Below the pieces are notes generated by a model. It saw only the letters and a list, made by a program, of their open reading frames with translations, searched no databases and had not been told where the DNA came from. The position numbers and the translations under genes are program-made. 32,000 nucleotides of DNA from Propionibacterium freudenreichii subsp. freudenreichii (GTDB lineage: Bacteria; Actinomycetota; Actinomycetes; Propionibacteriales; Propionibacteriaceae), in NCBI RefSeq assembly GCF_000940845.1, contig NZ_CP010341.1, positions 2,160,001 to 2,192,000 on the forward strand, given 5' to 3'. Position 1 is the stretch's first letter; the number at the start of each line of letters is the position of its first letter. Positions 27,341 to 32,000 of the stretch are shown here, piece by piece.

Positions 27341-28494
27341 CAGCGGTGGACGTCGACGCCCATCCGGGCGAGCCAGGCGTCGGGTTGGCGGATCTCGTGC
27401 AGGGAGGGCATCTCGGCGGCGCTGGTGAACACCCGGTTGAGCAGCTCGATGCCCTCGTCGTCGTTGTCGGCGGCGTCGATGACGGCATGGCAGAAGGCCG
27501 CACCCTCGCGGTACTGGGCCAGCTTGGCGCCCATGCCCAGCGCGCGCAGCATGATCATCTGTGGCCCGCCGCGCCCCCGGCGGGCGTCGAAGCGGGCCCG
27601 GATGGTGGCCAGGCTGGCAATCACCTCGGGGCCGGCCCGGTCCATCATCACGTCGGCATGGCCCTCGAGCAGCGACATGACCCCACTCACCTGCTCCAGC
27701 ACCGCAGCGGCCGAGGGAGTGGTGAGCATCTCGGCCATCGTGAGCGCGACGTCGTCGTCGGAGTCACGGTGGTGCTTGAGCATCGCGAAATGGTCCAGCG
27801 CGCCGTGCACGGCCGATTCGTGGTCGGCATCGGCCTCGATGAGCGCCCGGACGCGGCCGAGCATCCACGCGGTGAGCCAGCCGGCTGCCTGGAACTGGGC
27901 GCGATGGGTCTGCTCGTGCAGCGCCACCCACAGCCGGAAGTCACCCGGATCGACGCCCAGGCGGCGTTCGGTGGACATGATCGACGGCGCCACCAGCAAC
28001 AATCGCGGCGGCGACCCCAACGGGTTGAACTGGCCCAGCACATGGCCCGACAGCAGCCCGATCATCTTGCCGACGGCCCCGCCCCGCACGATGCCCGGGA
28101 TCAGGCCGGGGCCACGGGGACGCACCTCCACGCCGATGCCCTGCCAGATCTGGCGCATCATGTCGGTGTTCGCCCGGGCGAAGCCGGCGCGATCGACGAT
28201 CAGGGCCTCGCCACGGGCGGGTGGCTGCAGGTGGGACGCGTCGGCCACGATCTGGGGGCACGCTCGGCGCTGGCGCGCAGCTGTTCCACGGCCTGCCGAC
28301 GCTCGGCCAGGCTCACCGGCGGGCCGATCGGCGCGCTCGACGTTGCCACGCGCAGGGTGGTGTCCCAGTCGACCCAGGGCAGCGCCGCACCGGATTGCGG
28401 AGGCTCTTCCGGAGTCGACTGCACGCCCATACGTCGAACCTATCAAGCGCCACCCACACGCAGCCCCGCCATGCAGCGGTGACAGTGAACTCAA
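27340..28494 (-). CDS. Zinc-dependent metalloprotease (HExxH; M. tuberculosis Rv3626c-like), 5-prime end apparently frameshifted
   Basis: The conserved body lies in the 27340-28494 frame and has the HExxH motif VALHEQTHRAQF. The first ~80 residues of that frame are Arg/Gly/Ala-rich and look like an out-of-frame product. A family-like N-terminus (MGVQSTPEEPPQSGAALPWVDWDTTLRVATSSAPIGPPVSLAERRQAVEQLRASAERAP) lies in another frame, running from 28430 down to 28254. The two frames join cleanly if the G5 run at 28254-28258 were G6. Confidence 0.7.
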   Translation of the reverse strand: MSSLSPLHGGAACGWRLIGSTYGRAVDSGRASAIRCGAALGRLGHHPARGNVERADRPAGEPGRASAGRGTAARQRRACPQIVADASHLQPPARGEALIVDRAGFARANTDMMRQIWQGIGVEVRPRGPGLIPGIVRGGAVGKMIGLLSGHVLGQFNPLGSPPRLLLVAPSIMSTERRLGVDPGDFRLWVALHEQTHRAQFQAAGWLTAWMLGRVRALIEADADHESAVHGALDHFAMLKHHRDSDDDVALTMAEMLTTPSAAAVLEQVSGVMSLLEGHADVMMDRAGPEVIASLATIRARFDARRGRGGPQMIMLRALGMGAKLAQYREGAAFCHAVIDAADNDDEGIELLNRVFTSAAEMPSLHEIRQPDAWLARMGVDVHR

Positions 28495-28560
28495 AGCTGG
28501 CCCCGAGGAAACGTCACGGACGACGCATCCGGCCGCCGCGGACGTCAGTCCCGGCCCACC

Positions 28561-28610
28561 TCAGGCAGCGCAAGCGCAGTCCCCGTGGACGTCAGGCAGC
28601 GCAAGCGCAG
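28561..28610. repeat. 19-nt perfect direct repeat tcaggcagcgcaagcgcag (two copies, 31-bp period) at the 3-prime end of dacB
   Basis: Copy at 28592-28610 carries the dacB stop and last codons (..GCACAA*). The copy at 28561-28579 lies 12 nt further downstream. Confidence 0.8.
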
Positions 28611-29962
28611 CCTGAGAGCGCCCCGGCCATCTGGTCGAGATAGGGACGCACCTCCGCGCCCACGCCGTTGCCCACCAGGGCGAAGGCCACCATGCCGCCA
28701 TCCGCGGTGGGCGTGTACCCCACCAGCGCGCTGGCCGTGTCGAGCGTGCCGGTCTTGGCGCGCACCCGTCCACCGCCCGCCGAGGACGCGGAGTCGATGA
28801 AGCGCGTCTCCAGGCTGCCCGTGGCGGCGGCGACCGGCAGTCCGGCCAGCAGATTGCGCAGGTCGTCGCGGCCGGCGGCCAGGGTGATCACCTGCGTCAG
28901 GGCCGACGCCGTGAGGCGGTCATGCACGCTGAGCCCCGATCCGTCGTGCAACGAGTCGACGCCGCTCCACAGGCCCAGGTGCGTCATCTCCTGCTGCAGG
29001 GCCTGGACGCCGCCGTCGAAGCTGCCCGGCTGTCCGTAGGCGATCGCCAGGTGCCGGAACAGCACCTCGGCGATCGTGTTGTCGGAGTGGCGCAGGCATT
29101 CCTGCACGATCTGCGACAGCGGCAGCGAATCCACCGCCGCCAGCTGCGTCGCACCGGACTGGGAGACATGGGCGGTGGGCGTGCCGGTGACGCTGATGCC
29201 GTTGGCGCCCAGCTGGCGGGCGAAGGTGGTGGCCGCCGTGGCCGCCGGCGTGGTGGAGCCGCCGCCCTCATCGACCATCAACGCCGAGATGTCGTTCACA
29301 TAGGCCATGTCGCCCGGTTCCCAGTCGGGATGGCGCGTCGCACCGCTGAACAGGGAATCGTCGTAGCCCAGGGTGACGCTCGTGGTGCCCGCCGCCTTCA
29401 GCGCGTCGGCCGTGCGCTGGGCCAGGTCCTGGGTGGTGGCCGGCTGCGGGGACCCATAGGCATATGACGTCGGGGTGCTGGCCAGCAGCACGTCGCCGCC
29501 CCCGACCAGGGTGATCGAGCCGCCGGGCTGGCGCATCACGCGGGTGGAGAAGGTGTGGGTGGGCCCCAGCTTGTCGATCACCGAGCTGGTGGTCATCAGC
29601 TTCATCGAGGACGCCGGGATCACCGCATCATCGCCCCTCGTGGCATCGAGCACTTGGCCATTCGACAGGTCGCGGGCGACCACCGAATAGCCATTGCGCA
29701 CGCCCACCCGGTTGAGGGCCGCGGCCACCTTGTCGGCGGACAGGGCCGCGTAGGAGGCCGGCACCGGGGCGTCACCGATGACGCCATTGCCGTTGAGGTT
29801 CGTGGCGGGGGTGGCGAACACGCCGGCCGGCACGGTCGAGGCACCCCCCGAGACCAGGGCACCGGAGGCATGCAGCCCCACCGACCCGGCGATGACCAGC
29901 ACCAACACCACCCCGAAGGCGACAATCCAGCGCGTCAGCGGGCGTCGCGTCGCGGACTTCAT
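28592..29962 (-). CDS. dacB: D-alanyl-D-alanine carboxypeptidase/endopeptidase, PBP4 (S13) family
   Basis: Has the SxxK motif (PASSMKLMT), the SxN motif (RHSDNTIAE) and the KTG motif (RAKTGTL), plus an N-terminal membrane anchor/signal (RWIVAFGVVLVLVIAG). Start taken at ATG 29962 (MKSATRRPL...), with GGGAG 8 nt upstream. The longest ORF starts at 30010. Confidence 0.9.
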   Translation of the reverse strand: MKSATRRPLTRWIVAFGVVLVLVIAGSVGLHASGALVSGGASTVPAGVFATPATNLNGNGVIGDAPVPASYAALSADKVAAALNRVGVRNGYSVVARDLSNGQVLDATRGDDAVIPASSMKLMTTSSVIDKLGPTHTFSTRVMRQPGGSITLVGGGDVLLASTPTSYAYGSPQPATTQDLAQRTADALKAAGTTSVTLGYDDSLFSGATRHPDWEPGDMAYVNDISALMVDEGGGSTTPAATAATTFARQLGANGISVTGTPTAHVSQSGATQLAAVDSLPLSQIVQECLRHSDNTIAEVLFRHLAIAYGQPGSFDGGVQALQQEMTHLGLWSGVDSLHDGSGLSVHDRLTASALTQVITLAAGRDDLRNLLAGLPVAAATGSLETRFIDSASSAGGGRVRAKTGTLDTASALVGYTPTADGGMVAFALVGNGVGAEVRPYLDQMAGALSGCACAA

Positions 29963-30023
29963 ACAGCCGGCTCCCAACAAGGTAATGTCATCGACAAGTT
30001 TCCTCATCATAAGGACTCACACT

Positions 30024-30581
30024 GTGACCGATGAATTTCGCATTGCAACGGGGCTTCCGCAGTACGACCTGACCTTCGACATGACCGTCGAGATCCCGCG
30101 GGGCACCAAGAACAAGTACGAGATGGATCACAACACCGGCCGTATCCGCCTGGACCGGACGTTGTTCACCTCCACTCAGTACCCCTATGACTATGGGTTC
30201 ATCGAGGGCACCCTCGGCGAGGACGGCGACCCCCTTGACTCCATGGTCATCCTGACCGAGCCGACCTTCCCGGGTTGCCTGGTGCGCTGCCGCGCCATCG
30301 CGATGTTCCGGATGCGCGACGAGGCCGGCCCCGACGACAAGGTGCTGTGCATCCCCACCGCCGACGTGCGTCGCGATTACATGGACGACATCGATGACGT
30401 CCCCCAGATGGTGATGCTCGAGATCGAGCACTTCTTCACCGTCTACAAGGACCTGGAGCCCGGAAAGAGCGTCGAGGGCGCCTCCTGGACGGGCCGCACC
30501 GACGCCGAGGCCGAGATCCGCGCCTCCTTCGAGCGCGCCAAGGGCACCTCATACGAGCACCTGAAGGTTGACCTGCAGTAG
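30024..30581 (+). CDS. ppa: Inorganic pyrophosphatase (family I)
   Basis: Motifs are EIPRGTKNKYEMDH, YPYDYGFIEGTLGEDGDPLD and DDKVLC. Start taken at GTG 30024 with AAGGA upstream, giving 185 aa. The 267-aa track ORF extends antisense into dacB. Confidence 0.95.
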   Translation: MTDEFRIATGLPQYDLTFDMTVEIPRGTKNKYEMDHNTGRIRLDRTLFTSTQYPYDYGFIEGTLGEDGDPLDSMVILTEPTFPGCLVRCRAIAMFRMRDEAGPDDKVLCIPTADVRRDYMDDIDDVPQMVMLEIEHFFTVYKDLEPGKSVEGASWTGRTDAEAEIRASFERAKGTSYEHLKVDLQ

Positions 30582-30678
30582 GACGAACGCGGGATCTGTG
30601 ATCCCAGCGGGATTCTCGTGGTCGCGCCCGGGCATGTGCTGCACAGCCGTGCCCGGGCGCGACTGTGTTCCGGCCCGT

Positions 30679-30758
30679 GGGACAAGCGGGGCCCCCGGGA
30701 CAGGTAGGGCCCACGGGACAAGCGGACACCATGACAAGCGGACACCGTGACAAGATGT
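30679..30758 (+). repeat. Five phased copies of (G/T)GACA(A/G)G (periods 18, 18, 16, 16 bp)
   Basis: Copies are GGGACAAGCGGG (30679), GGGACAGGTAGG (30697), GGGACAAGCGGA (30715), ATGACAAGCGGA (30731) and GTGACAAGATGT (30747). gacaagcggacacc is duplicated exactly at 30717 and 30733. Confidence 0.8.
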
Positions 30759-31987
30759 GCGACGTGTCCGCCTACCTGATGCTGCTCGCGCCCTCGGCCA
30801 ACCACGTCTATGCCGCCGAGACGGCCACCCTGGCCGCCGCCGAGCTGGCCGTGACGAGCCCCGACCTCGGCGCCGCCGTGGAGCGCCGCGTGGCAGGCGT
30901 CGACTACCTGGCCTTCGAGGCCGATGACCTCGATCCGCGCAAGATCGCCGCCCAGTCGAGTGTGCTCGCGCTCTTCGAGCGCGCATCCGAGCAGGCCGCG
31001 CTCTTCGGAAGTGAACCCGCGGCGGACGTGCCCACCACGTCCCCCTCCGAGGTGCTGCTGCGGCCCATCGAGCTGCCGCGCTCCGACGTGCTGGACGACG
31101 ACCTGGTGACCATCCCCAAGTACCGCGGCAAGACCAACGAGCTGTTCACCCGCCTGTTGCTGCACGTGACGCTGAGCCAGGTGACCACCCGTCGGGGAAC
31201 GGCTGCCGCCGGCCGCGACGCCCCCACCGGCCATGACCAGACGCGCCGCCAGTTCGACGTGCTCGATCCCCTTGCCGGACGCGGCACCACCCTGCTGACC
31301 GCCTGGACGGCCGGACATAATGCCTACGGGGTGGAGCTCGACACATCGGCGTTCGAGCAGTTCGCTGGCTTCCTCAAGACCTATCTGCGTCGCAAGCGCC
31401 TCAAGCACACCGCCGAGGTGACCACGGTGCGTCGCGACGGGCGGATGATGGGCCAGCGCCTGGATGCCACGGCCCGTCCCGGTGAGCAGACCCGGGGCCA
31501 CCGGGCCGTCCCCGATGCTCCGCAGCTGGCGATGACCATGTTCACCGGCGACACCCGCGACGCGGCGGTGCTGTTCGGCAAGCGCAAGTTCGACGCCATC
31601 GTCACCGACGCGCCCTACGGCGTGGTGCACGGCGCCACCGATGTGCGCAGGGCCCCCCGAGAGAACCGCGCCCCCCGAGAAAATGGGAAGCGCGGCTCCG
31701 CAGGGCACCCGACGGGCCATCGCCCGGGCGGCGACCGCGACCGCTCCCCCGCCACCCTGTTGGCCGACGCCATCCCGGTCTGGGCTGGCCAGTTGCGCGC
31801 CGGCGGCGCCCTGGGGCTGTCGTGGAACACCTATGGCCTCAGCCGCGAGGACCTGGCCGCGATCTGCACCGACGCCGGGCTGGAGGTGCGTGACGACGGC
31901 CCCTGGCTGCAGTTCGCCCACCGCGTGGATTCGTCGATCAAGCGGGATCTGATGGTGGCCGTGAAGCCCGCCCGGCTAGTCTCGTGA
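30755..31987 (+). CDS. SAM-dependent methyltransferase, Trm11/RlmL (UPF0020) type
   Basis: Motif I is VLDPLAGRGTTLL and motif IV is IVTDAPYGVVHG (DPPY-like). The family-like N-terminus is SAYLMLLAPSANHVYAAE. The start is uncertain: ATG 30755, GTG 30764, ATG 30731, or ORF start 30665. A charged low-complexity insert with RAPREN duplicated follows motif IV. Confidence 0.75.
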   Translation: MCDVSAYLMLLAPSANHVYAAETATLAAAELAVTSPDLGAAVERRVAGVDYLAFEADDLDPRKIAAQSSVLALFERASEQAALFGSEPAADVPTTSPSEVLLRPIELPRSDVLDDDLVTIPKYRGKTNELFTRLLLHVTLSQVTTRRGTAAAGRDAPTGHDQTRRQFDVLDPLAGRGTTLLTAWTAGHNAYGVELDTSAFEQFAGFLKTYLRRKRLKHTAEVTTVRRDGRMMGQRLDATARPGEQTRGHRAVPDAPQLAMTMFTGDTRDAAVLFGKRKFDAIVTDAPYGVVHGATDVRRAPRENRAPRENGKRGSAGHPTGHRPGGDRDRSPATLLADAIPVWAGQLRAGGALGLSWNTYGLSREDLAAICTDAGLEVRDDGPWLQFAHRVDSSIKRDLMVAVKPARLVS

Positions 31988-32000
31988 CATGACCAGCAAG

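Noticed and set aside
28431-28494. ATG 28494 as the true start of the metalloprotease
   Set aside because: The first ~80 residues in that frame look like out-of-frame translation, while the alternative frame from 28430 encodes a family-like N-terminus. I favour a frameshift or sequencing error at 28254-28258. I kept the long ORF coordinates in the feature list.
31989-32000. ATG at 31989 as the start of a further gene
   Set aside because: Only 12 nt are visible, which is too little to support a call.

Overview
High-GC actinobacterial chromosomal window, roughly two-thirds to 70% G+C by eye. It is densely packed with housekeeping genes. I found no rRNA, tRNA, CRISPR array, transposase or integrase.

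Gene order:
- Left part, minus strand: a truncated methylase-like gene, the 33-codon ribosomal protein bS22 (missed by the ORF track), proC, asd, a TMEM175/DUF1211-type channel, a CPBP intramembrane protease and a sugar-phosphate isomerase.
- Middle, plus strand: a VOC-family protein, radA-disA, mutY, then a TPP riboswitch driving a YkoEDC-type ECF transporter (S component, duplicated ATPase, T component) plus a uridine-kinase-like P-loop protein. A 48-nt perfect hairpin closes this unit. aroD and a DUF4328 membrane protein follow.
- Right part, mostly minus strand: clpC, lsr2, folK-folB-folP, a GntR regulator, folE, a PIF1-type helicase fusion, hpt, tilS, a zinc metalloprotease, and dacB.
- Right edge, plus strand: ppa and a Trm11/RlmL-type methyltransferase.

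The order tracks the conserved actinobacterial block known from M. tuberculosis (radA/disA ... clpC1-lsr2 ... folK-folB-folP-folE-ftsH-hpt-tilS-Rv3626c-dacB-ppa), with notable departures:
1. ftsH is missing. An 825-aa PIF1-like helicase carrying an apparently inactivated DnaQ-like domain and a BRCT domain occupies its position.
2. A GntR regulator is inserted inside the fol cluster.
3. The metalloprotease reading frame is broken at a homopolymer run.
4. A uridine-kinase-like gene is co-transcribed with the riboswitch-controlled thiamine-precursor transporter.
5. Several intergenic regions carry short-period (13-18 bp) direct-repeat arrays, some sharing a GGGACA(A)G core. The most elaborate lies upstream of clpC: 16-bp repeats, a 22-bp perfect palindrome, then 15-bp repeats.

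I see no clear novel multi-gene system. The helicase fusion, the riboswitch-linked kinase and the repeat arrays are the best leads. Start codons in this GC range are uncertain, and several were chosen by homology pattern and Shine-Dalgarno context rather than from the longest ORF.
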